A stretch of DNA of 64,000 bases from Cladosporium halotolerans. Lineage: Eukaryota. Every line of letters starts with the position of its first letter. Position 1 is the first letter of the stretch. The notes below the pieces were generated by a model. That model was not told the origin of the DNA, did no database searches, and saw nothing but the letters and a program-made list of their open reading frames with translations. The stretch lies in contig NW_027191498.1 in assembly GCF_011745625.1 (NCBI RefSeq), forward strand, positions 62,001-126,000. The letters are read 5' to 3'. The position numbers were made by a program, and so were the translations under genes. Positions 33,451 to 46,470 of this stretch are shown here, in pieces.

Positions 33451-34461
33451 TCAACCGACCATTCTCCTCGCCTCGGGCATTCTCTTGATCTCCTTTTGGC
33501 TCTCCTTCTTGCGCTTTTTGTCGATCGCCTTTTCGCGGTCCTTGCCCTTCATATTCTTGTACTTCTCCACCAGTGCCTTCTCCTTGAGGTCGCTCTTCTT
33601 CAAGTAGTAAGGGTTCTTGCCCTGCTCGACCTTCTGGCGTTCCTCCTTCCTGTGCTTCCGCAGAACCTCCTGCTCCCGCTCCTTTGCAGCCTTCGCCTTC
33701 ATCTTGTTCTCCATGCTGCCAATCTTGCGCTTCAACTTCTCCTTGTCGTCTTCGTTCTTTGTTGTCTTCAATGCAGCCTTGAGCTCTGCGATCTCAGCAG
33801 CCTGGTATTCCTGCAAGAAACCGTATGCCTTCTCCACGTTGCCCGTGTGGGCGTGACGCTGCTGCATCGCGTCGAAGCGCGGATCGCGAACCTTGAGCTT
33901 GGGCACTTCGATGACTTGACGCTTGCGTGTGACTTGGTGCTTTGAGGACTGTGCCATGGGAGCATGCTTTGAAGTCGCACCGACCTCCGAGGGCGCAGAG
34001 TCTGAGTCCGAGCCAGAGCCTTCCTCTTCAGAGTCCTCTTCGTCTCTGGCGGAGGACTTTTTCGTGGATTGCTTCGACTTCTTCTGCACTTTTCCTCCAG
34101 ACTCGTCGGCCTTTCTCTTCTTGATCTCGCGCAGCCTTTCTCTCAGCGCCTCCAACTTTTCCTCCTGCGCGGGGTTCGTCTCATCGTTGCGCTTTCGCTT
34201 CCGCGACAGAGCATCCTGCGCCTGCTTCAAGGCTCCGAAAGAAATGTTCTCAAGCTGTCCACCGACTTCGCCCTCATCGTCGTCTTCCTCGCCGTCTCCG
34301 GCATCTCCATCCTCATCGTCTTCCGATCCGTCATCAAAGCCGTCTGCTGACTGTGCGTCGTCTCCACTCACACCACCTTCAGAAACATCAAAATCCTCTT
34401 CATCCTCAGGCTGCACCCGCGACGGGCGAATGTTGCGGTTGAGCAATTTTCCAGGCGCCAT
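33451..34461 (-). CDS. RRP36: rRNA biogenesis protein Rrp36 (DUF947)
   Basis: ISFGALKQAQ, SKHAPMAQSSKHQVTRKR, RDPRFD, KAYGFLQEY, GKNPYYLKKS. Confidence 0.95.
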   Translation of the reverse strand: MAPGKLLNRNIRPSRVQPEDEEDFDVSEGGVSGDDAQSADGFDDGSEDDEDGDAGDGEEDDDEGEVGGQLENISFGALKQAQDALSRKRKRNDETNPAQEEKLEALRERLREIKKRKADESGGKVQKKSKQSTKKSSARDEEDSEEEGSGSDSDSAPSEVGATSKHAPMAQSSKHQVTRKRQVIEVPKLKVRDPRFDAMQQRHAHTGNVEKAYGFLQEYQAAEIAELKAALKTTKNEDDKEKLKRKIGSMENKMKAKAAKEREQEVLRKHRKEERQKVEQGKNPYYLKKSDLKEKALVEKYKNMKGKDREKAIDKKRKKESQKEIKRMPEARRMVG

Positions 34462-34875
34462 GATGCTGCTCGAACGGCGATGGCTCCGTCGGCGGAGATA
34501 TTTTTCGCGAACTTCCCCAAAAGCGCAGGCCAGCCCTGCGAGTCGCGGGCGGGCGGATGCGGCGGCAGACAGCGCGGCGGCGGGCGGCCGTTGGCTAGCG
34601 CGGAGGAGTAAAGTCAGAGTGACGTTACGTGAAGCTGCGAGCTTCCCGGTGGGTGGCTTGCTGGACAGCAGACTGCATCATCTTGGTATCAGTAAGCTGG
34701 CCGCAGAGCTCCGTCATACATCCTTGCTAGGGTAGTGGTAGTAGTCTTCACTCTTCTTTCGCCATTGTCCTCTTCACTCGAGTTTCTCACAATTGACCAA
34801 GACGTCTCTATACTTTGCCATTGAGCCACTCGGCACCCATCTAGATATACCACAGCTCCAGCCACAGATTCCAAT

Positions 34876-35791
34876 ATGAAGATCCTGACCAAGGAAGAAG
34901 AGCAGGAGCACTACAAGTGAGCCTAGACACGCGACCTCGTCCTCCAACCAAAACAACACTGACACCAAATTCAGCGCGACCGTCAAAGGTGGCGTCCTCG
35001 GAGGCGCCGCAGGCCTCGCCCTCGGCGGCCTCGGCGTCTTCGCAGCATCGCGAAGATACCCAGCCTTCCGCGGCCTCACGCTCCCCTTCCGCGCCTTCCT
35101 GATCACCGGCAGCGGCACATTCGCCGGTAAGTCTGCTTACGACAGTTCTATTCTACGCCAATATCATTAACACTCCATCCCAGCCATCGTCGCCGCCGAC
35201 TCCAACTCCCGCAACTTCGAGAACGCGCGCAACCCCGAGCGGCAATTCCGCGACGAGTCCCAGAACCTGCAGGCCGAACTCTCGTCGCAAAAACCGCTCT
35301 CGCAGCGCGCCCTCACCTGGGCCGCCGACAACCGCTACTCGCTCGTCTTCGGCTCCTGGGTCGCCTCCATGGGCGGCGCGCTCGCGTTCGTCGGCCGCAA
35401 CCCGTACCTGACCGGCCAGCAGAAACTCGTGCAGGCGCGTGTGTACGCGCAGGGGTTGACGATGGCCGTCGTCATCGCGTCGCTGGCGTTCGAGGGCGTG
35501 GACTCCGCGCAGGGGAAGGGCAGGTGGGAGACGGTGAGGTATCTCGACCCCGAGGACCCGGAGCACAAGAGGGTTGTGGAGAAGCAGGTGCATCACGAGA
35601 GGTATGCGGGCGAGGACCAGTGGCGGGATATGGTTGCTGCGGAGGAGGAGAGGATCAAGGAGCGCGAGGAGGCGGTGGCGAAGAGGGAGGAGCAGAAGGG
35701 GCACAAGGAGAAGGCGAAGAGGCATACTTTGGAGAAGGCGGAGCATGGGAAGCCGGAGGAGAGCAAAGATAGTAAGCTGAACGCTCCTTGA
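34876..35791 (+). CDS. RCF2: Mitochondrial HIG1-domain respiratory supercomplex factor Rcf2, 3 exons
   Basis: MKILTKEEEQEHY..ATVKGG..YPAFRGLTLPFRAFL, WAADNRYSLVFGSWVASM, NPYLTGQQKLVQARVYAQGLT, HHERYAGEDQWRDMV. Confidence 0.92.
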
Positions 35792-36667
35792 GTTTGTCGG
35801 GAAGCTGTAGGATTGAGTGTGGTTTTTGGCGATGCGGCCATGAGGCTTGCTTAAATGTTAACGATAGGCGCGGTGCGGGATCTGGCATGTACGATTCGCC
35901 CGCGTCGTGCTCGGATGGTTGTAAGGCGCAGGCGCGTGGAGGAACACTGTACATAAATGTTCGTATGATCACGTTAAGCCCTATCGCGTTCCTTCTCAAA
36001 GCAAGCATCGAACGCGACGCGACAGGACGCGTGAATTCCACGCCCAATACGTACAGGTCGTTCGTCCGCTTCGTCCGGTCGCGCGCGCAGATTTGAAGAG
36101 TCCTGCGCCATTGAGATCCCGGACAAAAACAGTTTCGACATCTTCTTTTTTCATTTCGTGCGTAATATTACATTGCTGCCCTCGAATGCAAACCCGCCTC
36201 TCCTCCGCTTTTGAAGTGTGATGCTATAAGTACAGAGAATTTTTTGTCGGCCGTGTCAGCGTAAAAAAGAAGCAGAGGAAATGAGAAAGCCCAGAAATTG
36301 CGCGAATGCAGTGGCAGAGAAAGCAACCAGAAGCAAAAGTCGTAAGGGAAAGGGAAATGGTTCGGCCGTCGCAGTTGTATATGTTGTGATGCAGTGATCT
36401 TGCAGTGATTGTTGGGTTTTTGTCCGTAATTTTGGGCCCCGAGTCGCAATGGTTTCAAGTGTGTTTTCTGGTTGCTAGTTTGTTGGCTTTGTCCTTACTC
36501 CTGCTCTTTTCCCTGGTTCGATATTGGTACAAGGTGGATGCGAATGGAGTGCGCGCGAGGTGCTGGTCTTGTCTGGAAACCTGTGGGATTGACTGCGCAA
36601 CAGGAGACTCTGGCTCGACGAAAATCGGCGCAGATTGGTGAAATCGAGAGGTCAGAAGCTGAAGTAG

Positions 36668-37863
36668 CTAGCGGCTTTGAGGCGGATTTGGTCCAGTTGG
36701 GTGTCCTTCCGAACTAGGAGGTCCTGAACCTGGTCGACTGATGGGCCCCTGAGATTGCGGTAATCGAGGGCCGAATGGGACTCCAGCAAGCGCGTCATCA
36801 TAGTGCCGTGGTCCAGTGGTTCTGGCTGGAGTGTCTTCCGGTTCAATCCTGCTGTAGGGACTTTCGTAGTGAGGGTACCCGTACGCTTGCTGTTGATGCT
36901 TCTGTTGCGGCTGATTGGGGGCGCTCGCGTCGAATTGGCTTTGCGGCGGGTCATCCTGATCAGATCGCATTGACTTCCTTCGTCTCCTCTTCCCGGACGA
37001 CGATCCAGAGTGACTTGAGGTCTTCTGTGTCGTCGGGGTGGTGATCATGGCCGAAATCGGAACGCGCGAAGTTGGCGGAAGGGAAGGCTTGGACTCGACG
37101 GTGGGCGATGAAATCCTTGCTGGAGCAGATGCTGGCGCCAAAGCTGGTGACGGCGCGAGAGCGGGCGAAGGTGCTGCTGAGGGTCCGGGGATCGTGACGC
37201 GTGGAGCAATCGAAGAGTCTCTTCGAGGCCCTGCGCCAGTCCCTGCCGCGGCCGCTGCTGCTGCACTTGATTCTGCTGCTTTCGCCTGGGCTTCTGCTTT
37301 TGTCGGTCTGCCGCGCTTGCGCTTGATTTGACCTCCTGGTGTCGCTGAGGGCTGTGGAAGGATCATCATCCCTGAATGACCCTCGGTTTTCGTCTTGGGA
37401 AGCAGCTGACGGCCAGGAGGACCACTAGGGTAGGAACTCGTCGTTTCTAGCTGCCACGGTCGTCGCAATGGCCCAATCGGAGCGGACAATGGCGTCTGAG
37501 GCGCTGTGGACTGCGAAAGGGGTGAGTACCCGGCGCCGCGTTTCAAGTCTTCGAAGGCTGCGCGACACGCATTGACCGATCGACCTGCAAGACGTGTGAG
37601 GATGTTTCGTTTATCGATGTTTTACGCGTGAATTCGAAAGTACCTGGCGGCAAGGGGATGTCGTCCCACCTGGGCTGGTGGTTGCCCAACACTTGCATTA
37701 CAACATTAAGCATTGTCGTGGGCGAAGGGGAAACGCTTTTGATGATCTCGGCCAACAAGTAGTTCTGGCGACTGTCAGTCGATGCTGGGCGCGCCAATGG
37801 ATTCGCAGTCGTCGACGGTACCTTTTCATCATTAGTGAAGACTGGCTCGCGTGAGCCGGCCAT
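36668..37863 (-). CDS. AT-hook protein, Pro/Ser-rich, 3 exons
   Basis: MAGSREPVFTNDEK|NYLLAEIIK..PRWDDIPLPPG|RSMR..; AT-hook KRKRGRPTKAEA; basic KRRRRK stretch. Confidence 0.8.
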
Positions 37864-40800
37864 AACAGGAGCGAAGCGAAAGAGGAACGCGTTCAGGCTT
37901 CATGAAAAACATCCGTCCAAGTCGCGTGGTACAAGAATATATCGGATACTTGATTGGGCGCGTAGAGTCGTCAATTCGTCAATTAAACGAGCGGGCGCGA
38001 CGCTGCAACAAAGGAAAATTCGGCGGACCTCCTGCGCGCGAGGTGTGGTGTGGCCAGTCGGGAGGGCGACGGAGGCGACTCAGCGGCGGGGCATGGAACG
38101 AGTGTGTGAGAAGGCGCCGTGCCAAACCTAGGAAACAAAGGGCAAATGCAGGCCGTGACGAAGCAGAAGCAGACAGAGGGGCTGGCGGGCGGGTCAGGAC
38201 TCAGGAGGGCGAGGCGCTGAAGGGTGCGCGGAGGGTGAAGACGAGGTGGGCGTGGAGTGCCGGGCGTGGCAGCGCTCTGGCGGGCGTGCAGAAAGGCGTG
38301 GCGGCAATGGTGCGCACAGCTACCGAGCACTCGCACAGGGAGATGAAACGGTGGGAACGGGCGCGGTGCAGGAGGGACGACGCAGGAGGAGCCTGGAGAT
38401 GCAGGCCTGCGTTAGCTGCAGTGTGTAAGTGCGCGATCTTTTCGGCGCGCAGACCCACGGCGGAGGGTCGCAGGCTCGCAGCGCAGCAGCAGCAGCAGCA
38501 GCAAGCCCGGCCGGCCTACGTGCAGCGTGCTAGCGAGGGCGCGCGCCAATCGCCGTGCGTCTGGCCTATTTCTCGCCGCCGGCCAGCAGCGGTAGCAGCA
38601 GCAGCAGGCGTGAGGACTGGTGTCGTCGCCGGCCGGTGGAGCGTGTTGCGCGGGCCAGGGCCGATCGCCGTGGCGCCCTTCTCCCCAGAGCTTCTTCGAC
38701 TATTCTCTTGTTCTCCCGCCGCTGGCCCGGCCTTCCGACCCAAACATTGCGCGGTGAGGATGCGCTACAGCGCCTCGGGCCCAGCCTCCACTCTGCCCTG
38801 TCGCTGCCGTCCAGGAGTTGTGGTGTGCAAGTGCTTTCCGCCCTTCCTCCTCCTCCAGTATACGACGCTGCACGCCGCCCAACCAGGCCGCGCTTCCTGC
38901 TCGCGCTGCCCCACCGCGCACGCAGTCCGAGAGGGTCTCTCTGCTCGCCATCCACTGCCCTCTGCGCCAGGCGTCTAACTGCCGGCCCGTTCGCCTCGCT
39001 GCCGGATCTCGCCAATTATTACGCGCCCGCCGCCATTTGTGCGTCACGAAGCGCGGCCCAGAGTTCACACCAGACTCACCACTCCCGGGCCCGCGGAGGC
39101 CCGCCGCCAAAGCCAAAGGCCACCTGCTCACCGCTGTTGTCGCTCCGGCGGGGCTGTCCAGCGTCCGTCATCAAACCGACACAGCAGAACCGGCTTAGGG
39201 GAACCTTAACATCTATTCGGCGGACCCAGCCACGCCCGGCTTGGCCCTCGCCGCGTCTTGCCGCCGTGTGTTTCAGAAGTAGAGGCGGGTCCTGCTTCTG
39301 ACACGCGCGAAAAGCGCTGCGCCCTATTTTCGATCTCGTGGGTGCGGGCAAGTCCGGCTCGTGCCACATATTCAATGCAGTGATGTGCAAAGGCTCTGCC
39401 GCCAGCGCCGTAAACAAACCTGAGCCTCGAGACCGGGATCGTTCGCGCTAGGCATGTACGATTAGAGGGTTTGCGAGCTTGGGCAGGCGGTCAGACATTC
39501 CAAGTAGGCTACGAGCGAATCGAGCCAGTGCTTCCGACGCGGTCGAAAGCATGCCAGTCTAGACTGCGCCTGACGCTGGAAGCCCGCATAAGTTCCACGG
39601 TGCTCTTGGTCGATCGATATTTGTTAATAATACTGTCATCATGCTGTGACCTCTCCAACAATGGTTCGGCGCGGCGAGGTCTAACCTCGTAGCCGCAGAG
39701 TAGTCACCATCAATGATCGCAAACTTCCTAGCGTGGATCTCGGCAAGCCGAGGCTCCGCTCGAATTCCGCAGCGCTCGCACCGTGATCTAACGTTGCTCC
39801 ATCCGCGCCATGTGGTCGATCCTGATAGCCCCAAACACATGGCGATACGTAACAGCCTTCTGGCAGGGGGATCCTTGCGCGGCCGAGCTATTGCGGTCTG
39901 ACGATGCCCTTCGGACTTATATCCAGCGTTCTACCAGCCACGCGGCCACTGCTGGACCCAAGTTTTGCTTTCACCGGCCTCGCTCTACTGTCGGTATTTT
40001 GCATGTAGGGCTGGATCTGTCGGTAAGCGAGATGGATTTGCCAAAAGCGTCTGCTCTCCTGTCTTAACTGTGATTTGTAATCTGTCTTGTTGCTGTTTGC
40101 TGACGTTGTTCCTCCAAGTGCGTGCTCGACGACCCCACAAAGGAACACGGAACCTAGACGATCGTAACCAGCACGGCGGATACTTCTGGAACATTGCACA
40201 CCTATCATTACATTCTGCCGGCATTCGCAACTGGCATTTGAATACACGCCCACTCGTCCCTCGCTGGAATCGACGAGCTTGGCTTTTGTCGAACGAATTC
40301 ACCACGTATCCAGTGTGGGCGATCATCGGGTATTTTCGCTCGAATCTTCTGCCATTCTGAGGGTCACTGCATGCCAGGAAAGCAGAAATTGGTCGTACTC
40401 GTTACTACTTCGCGCATCTCATCAGTGTAGTCTTGATGCGCTGACACCCGTTCGTTCCTCTCTGGAGGCGGCAGCTTGCTGAGGTCGGTACGGCAAGCGG
40501 GATGCTTGGCAGAATCGCTCAAGTCGCCGCCGCCGCCGAAGTTCGATGCGCCCAAGTTGGTCGGCCTTCCCTTTTCCTAGCATCTTTCGCGTTCGCGCCT
40601 ACTTCTTGTGTTTCTTATTAGCAGAGGCGCGCGCTCCTTCACTCCGCGCGACTTCACAATCTCACGAAATCCTCCTATTCCCGACGCCCGACGCCCGGTC
40701 CCTGTCACAAGCCTTGCATCGAGTACCCGTTGTCGTAATCCGCCAGGAATCTCTCACATCCCCTCACCTGCATGTAACTTCGTCCCTGCGACCGAAAACG

Positions 40801-41095
40801 CGACATTACAAGTAGCGTCACCGCAGATTGCGGACGAGGAAAGCCCGCGCATCAATGCGTCCTTGAACGCGCTTTCCACGAAGTGAATTCGAAAGAGGCT
40901 ACAAGCCGGGACTAGTGAACAACCGCGAACAACCGCGAACCAGCAGTGAAGTGTTGTGAAAGGAGAGGCATGTGCATCTGAGGCTCGGCTTTGTTCATCC
41001 GTGCTGTCAAAACTCCGCTCGCTTGCCAGTCTGCTCTCTCCTCTTCGACCTCAACCGCGCATCTATATACACAATACGACAATCCTTCTAGGCCG

Positions 41096-44088
41096 ATGGC
41101 CGACGAAGACAACATGGCGAAGCAGGAGGAGAAGCTGGAGTCGGAAGTGGGGGAGATGCGTCTGAAGGAGGAAGATCAGGACACGAACGAGGCGAGCATG
41201 GAGGCCGTGCCGGAGGCAGCATCACAGCAGGAGCGCGCTGCATCCCACGGCGCTGGCGAAAGCACACCCACAGTCGCAAAGAGCAATTCACGGTCGCCCG
41301 TGAAATCAGAGAGCATGGCTGCCTCACCAGCCCCTAAGAACGAGCAAGAGGACATGGTCGGCGGAGATGTCACCCTGAAGCAGGAGCCTGGGAAGCCGCC
41401 CAGACTTGCGCGGGCAACATCACACAAGGTCGAGCGACGGCCTCCACCTATGTTCTCGGACTATAAGGACAGCACATCGGACGCCACATCGACGTTCCAG
41501 GTCATCACTGAGTGCAGTTATGCAAACAAGTACCTGGGCACCACTGACCCGGCGCTAGAGTGCGACTGCGCAGAGGAGTGGGGTAAGTTGTTCATTCTAG
41601 CAGACTCATTTGCGCCACCTATTCGGCGAAGACTTCCCTAACAACCCTCACAGACTCCGCTACTCGTAAGAATCATGCCTGCGGCGAAGACTCCGACTGC
41701 ATCAACCGCGCCACGAAGATGGAGTGCGCACGTGACTGCGGGTGCGGATCCGCTTGCGAGAACCAGCGCTTCCTGCGAAAGCGGTACGCCAAAGTCTCGG
41801 TCATCCAGACGGAGAAAAAGGGATATGGCCTTCGCGCGGACGCCGACCTTCAGGCTAATGATTTCATTTTTGAATACATCGGCGAAGTCATCGGCGAGCA
41901 GGCGTTCCGCCGCCGCATGCAAAATTACGATGAGGAGGGCATCAAGCACTTCTACTTTATGTCCCTGACGAAAGGAGAGTTTGTCGACGCGACTAAACGA
42001 GGCAACCTCGGGCGCTTCTGCAACCACTCGTGTAATCCCAACTGTTACGTCGACAAATGGGTCGTTGGCGACAAATTGCGCATGGGCATCTTTGCCGAGC
42101 GCAAGATCAAGGCTGGCGAGGAACTCGTCTTCAACTACAATGTTGATCGATACGGTGCGGACCCGCAGCCGTGCTACTGTGGCGAGCCCAACTGCACCGG
42201 CTACATCGGAGGGAAAACCCAAACGGAGCGCGCAACGAAGCTTTCGAAGGCCACAATCGAAGCACTCGGTATCGACGATGCAGACGCCTGGGATACGGCT
42301 GTTGCGAAGAAGCCTCGCAAGAAGAAGGCCAGCGAAGACGACGAGGAGTACGTCAACAACCTCGAGCCTAAGGAGCTCGACGAGGGGGGCGTGCGCAGCG
42401 TCATGGCCCAGCTGCCTCAGTGTAAGGAGAAGTGGATCGCCGTCAAGCTGCTCAACCGTATCCAAAGAGCCGATGATCCCCACGTTATCAACCAGGTCGT
42501 GCGTATGCACGGGTATCGTCATTTGAAGACTGCGCTGGGCAACTTTTCGGACGACGTCAACCTCTGCCTTCAGATTCTGGATGTGCTGAATAAGTTACCG
42601 AGGATTACAAGAAACAAAGTGCAGGATTCCAAGATCGAGGACGCAGTACAACCGCTCACCGAGAGCGAGGACGAAAGGGTTGCATCACAGGCGCGAGACC
42701 TGCTTGAGGCCTGGAGTAAGCTGGAGGTTGGATACCGAATTCCTCGCGTGAAGCGAGACCCTAATGTCGCCGCTTTCGACCGGAAGACTGAGCGCGTCGA
42801 TCGCCGGGATGACGGACGACGCCGGTCAAAATCGCGCAGCCGTTCAAAGTCTCCTGAACGGGTGCATGCTCCCAAAGGACCCAAGGCAAATGTACCTGCG
42901 CGACCTGCATTCCGGCCCCCTCCTCGCTTCAGGCCTCCGCCTCCCACCGGGCCTCTACCTGCTGGCTGGTTTGAAGCGGTCGCACCGAACGGTTCAAAAT
43001 ACTATTACGACAGCAATGGAACAAGATCATGGCAACGCCCAACCGCACCCGCGCACGGCGCCCCGCCTCCTCCTCCGCCCAAAGCAGTATCCGACCAGCA
43101 GATGCTGCAAGACCTCATCAAGAACATCGTCGCCAACAAGCAAGAAGCCAGCAAACCCGCCTCCGAATCCGCCACCCCAGCCGAGACACCAAAAAAGGAG
43201 CGCAAAGAAGAAAAATGGAAGTCCCTGCCCGAGGAAAAACAGAAGAAACTATACGAGTCCGCCATCCAGCCCCACGTTATGCACGTCGTCAACAAATTCA
43301 AGAAGAAGATGGACAAGGACGACCTCAAGCGCCTCGCCAAGGACGTCAGCAAGAAAATCGTCAACACGGATTTCAAGAACGGGCGCGTCGTCGGCGATCC
43401 GAGCAGGATCAGCGATAGGCATGCCAAGAGCGTCAAGAAGTACGTGCACGAGACGTTCGACAAGGCGAGCAGGAAGAAGGCCGAGCACGAGCGCAAGAAG
43501 GCGGAGCGGAAGGCCAAGGGTGACGGCGACAACGACGAGAGCCACACGCCGTCCGGCTCGCCCACGCGCGCACAGGAGCCTGACGAGCCCGTCCTCTCGG
43601 ACGACGAGGACGCGGGCGCCGCCGAGGCGACGCCGGAGAGTACCTCTGCGCTGAAGAGAATGAGAGAAGAGGATCATCTGAATGAGGCGGCCGACGACGC
43701 TGTTTTGAAGAAACTACGTACTCACGAAGAAGAGCCCCCCGCTCCGCCTCCTCCGCCGCCTCCGCCCGCTGAGCCAGAGCCAGAGCCAGAGCCAGAGCCA
43801 GAATCTATGGACACCGACCCGTCGCCTTACGAGGACCAGACAGCGGCCGGAGCGCAGCAGCTTGCGAACGGCGAGGATCCAGGTTTCGCGATCAGAGGCG
43901 CTTCGAGTCGCCCCGGCTCCGCGCACAAGAGCCACGCGCAGCTCGAGCCCCTGCAGACTGCCACGCCGCCTACGACGGGGTCGCCGGACGCGGACGACCC
44001 GGAGAAGGTCGCGAGACGGCAGGCGTACGCGGGCATGAGCGCGGAGAGGATGAGGCAGTTGGGGTTGTTTGATGGTGCGGCGGAGTAG
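41096..44088 (+). CDS. SET2: Histone H3K36 methyltransferase Set2 (AWS-SET-postSET, WW, SRI), 2 exons
   Basis: ACGEDSDCINRATKMEC, TEKKGYGLRA, EYIGEVI, RFCNHSCNPNC, ELVFNYNVDRYG, CYCGEPNCTGYIG, WW domain LPAGWFEA..YYY..WQRP. Intron 41583-41653. Confidence 0.98.
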
Positions 44089-44451
44089 TGGGTTGATTGC
44101 CTGAGACTTGTTTGCTGGGTAATGGAGCTCTTTAGGCGGGTGGGGATAAGCCTTGGAGCCGTTGTTTAATTAGAGGTCGTATGTGGTGCCCTGCTCGGGT
44201 AGGAATGTCGTAATAGAGAGGGTGTCCGCGGTGCGAGCCAGGCGGTTGATAGCTCGGCTCATTTCGAGAGGGCATTCTAAATGCCCGAGGTGGCTTGCGG
44301 AATAGCTGTGCTCTTGAATCCCATAGCTCACATCGAGCCCGGCTAAAGAGCGCGGACAGCTCTAATCAAAATCCCTCGTAACCCATCAGCAGCCCAATTC
44401 CAAACGTGCCAAACCCTCACATCTTCTCTCATGGCTTAGGCCGCCGCTCCC

Positions 44452-44880
44452 TCAGTTCCCAAACAAATCCCGCCCCTCCCCACCACTTCCCAACCCCCAA
44501 CTCCCCCACCCAACAACCCTCCACCCCTCCCCCTGCCGTCCAATCCACCCGCCCGCAGCCGCTACCACAGCACTTCGATCCGCAGCCGGGACCCGCACCC
44601 AGACGTCGCGGCCCGAGAGTTTGAGCACGTCGATGGGGACGGCGGCGCCGTGTACGCCGAGGAATTGGTGCAAGGATGTTGTGAGGTGGTGGTGCGCGGT
44701 GAGGGTGTCGAGATCGGAGGGTAAGGAGTCTTGGGAGGGGGCGAGGTGGGTTAGGTGGATGTAGGCGTGGGAGGGAGAGGAGAGGGTTAATGTGGAGGCT
44801 TTTTGGGGGGTTTGGGAGGCGGGACGTTTGCTTGGGAGGGAGGAGGTGGAGGAAGGTTGTTGGGTTGCAGGGGCGGACAT
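44452..44880 (-). CDS. POP8: RNase P/MRP protein subunit Pop8
   Basis: YIHL..LDTLTAHHHLTTSLHQFLGVHGAAVPIDVLKLSGRDVWVRVP..D..AVVAAAGGW..GWRVVGWGSW fits the Pezizomycotina Pop8 pattern. Confidence 0.8.
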   Translation of the reverse strand: MSAPATQQPSSTSSLPSKRPASQTPQKASTLTLSSPSHAYIHLTHLAPSQDSLPSDLDTLTAHHHLTTSLHQFLGVHGAAVPIDVLKLSGRDVWVRVPAADRSAVVAAAGGWIGRQGEGWRVVGWGSWGLGSGGEGRDLFGN

Positions 44881-45660
44881 TTTGGGGGATCCGGTGGCTT
44901 TCAAAAGCTGTCGCTGGGGCTTCCTTCGCTGTTGAGCAGTAGGTGGTGAATGTTTGGAGTCTGTGGTCTTTTGGGAGTCTTGTGGCGCTTCGTCGTTGGA
45001 GGTTTGAGGGGCGCTCGAGTGGTGGATTTGTTGTGTATGTGCCGAGTTGTCTGGCTTCTTGAGCAGATTAATGTTGTGAAGAAATTCCGTTTTCTTTGGT
45101 TCGGCGCGGGGTTTTGGTGTTGTCGCATTCGTATTCACTTCTGCGTAGTTGCAGCACTGCGAGGTTGAAGTTTGGCTTTTTAGCGCGATTCTGGGCAGAG
45201 CTCGTTGGTGTGAGGCATTTTTGAGATCGCGCTGCAGCATTTGTGCCGCACAAGGACCGTTGAATATTATAGTAAAGATTCAGTCGATTTCACATATTCT
45301 CAAAACGGCGGCAAATTTGCTCCGTGCCAAACAGCCGCCGAGAAGGATTTACGAGACGGTGACTTATAGCATTGTCTGAAAGAATCAACTTCATGATGAG
45401 CGTGGAGTATCTTCTACCCTTGCTATCATAGGGGAGCTAGCCTAGTAGCCCGTTTTGCCCATTTCCAATAACAGAGGGCCTGCCTTGCAGACCCAATACC
45501 CTCCAGTCATGTGCGTGCAAATACGCTGCCCAAGCAGCTCGAGATGGTTTGCCTCCCTCAATCCCTGCACCGATTCAATGCCATCCCATACCCCTTTCCA
45601 TGCCCCAATAACGCCATGCTCAAACGCAAATTTTCGTGTGTCGGCCACGCGAATGTCCGG

Positions 45661-46048
45661 CTACGCTTCTTCTGCCGCTGTACCATCTCTAGGGATGTAT
45701 CTGACACCAGCGTTCTCAGCTGCGGAGATGTAATCATCAGGCAGCTACAAAACGTCAATAAATGCAAGGAACACATCAGAGCGTCATACTCACCACTCCT
45801 TCAACCTTCACCGCATAGGTGCCCGGCGCGTATCCCTGCAGACGTTGCCACTTGGCCACCCAGCTGCTTTCGGGGTCGGCAAGCGAGATCATCCCTTCAA
45901 AAACAGCGCTAGTGCAATCTTGCACGGTGTCGGCGCTGTGTCGCATTTCCAGAAAGCCATCACAGTTGGGGCAGCCTCCGGAGACGAACTTGGAGCCGGG
46001 TTGGACGATGGAGCATACCATGCAGGCGCGCAGACCGCGGAGCGACAT
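45661..46048 (-). CDS. SPT4: Transcription elongation factor Spt4, 2 exons
   Basis: LRACMVCSIV..GCPNCDGFL..DCTSAVFEG..SWVAKWQRL..PGTYAVKVEGV|LPDDYISAAENAGVRYIPRDG. Confidence 0.96.
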
Positions 46049-46470
46049 GTTGACAGATGTGGATTTGTTGGGAGGTGCAGTGGTAGTGACCCAGTGGCTG
46101 AATTATTGTTGTGCGCGTGAGCGTTTCCCAGAGTCTAATGCAGTCGCGGCAGGTGAGGTTCACATGCAAACAGCTCGGGCCAGGCATGCGGCATGCGGCA
46201 TGCGATGAGGCTCAAGAGCAAGGCTGACAGCCGATCAAGGGTCCCTCTCTCCGCGAATCTTTCGTCTTCCATCCAGTCCGTGCTTCATCTGATTGCAGCT
46301 CACCACCAATCTTCACTCGCGCATATCCTTACAGGGCATACAACATTGTCGAGTCCACCCCTAAAGGCTATATTTGATACCTCAGGCTGTAGCGACCGAA
46401 TCTACTGAGCAACGCCACCCGCATCATCGCTCAATTGTTTCCGGTGCTCGAGCACACGACACAGCCCACC

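Noticed and set aside
37902..39301. 358-aa and 248-aa ORFs between the AT-hook gene and SET2
   Set aside because: GC-rich promoter/UTR-like sequence with low-complexity Arg/Ala translations and no recognisable domain.
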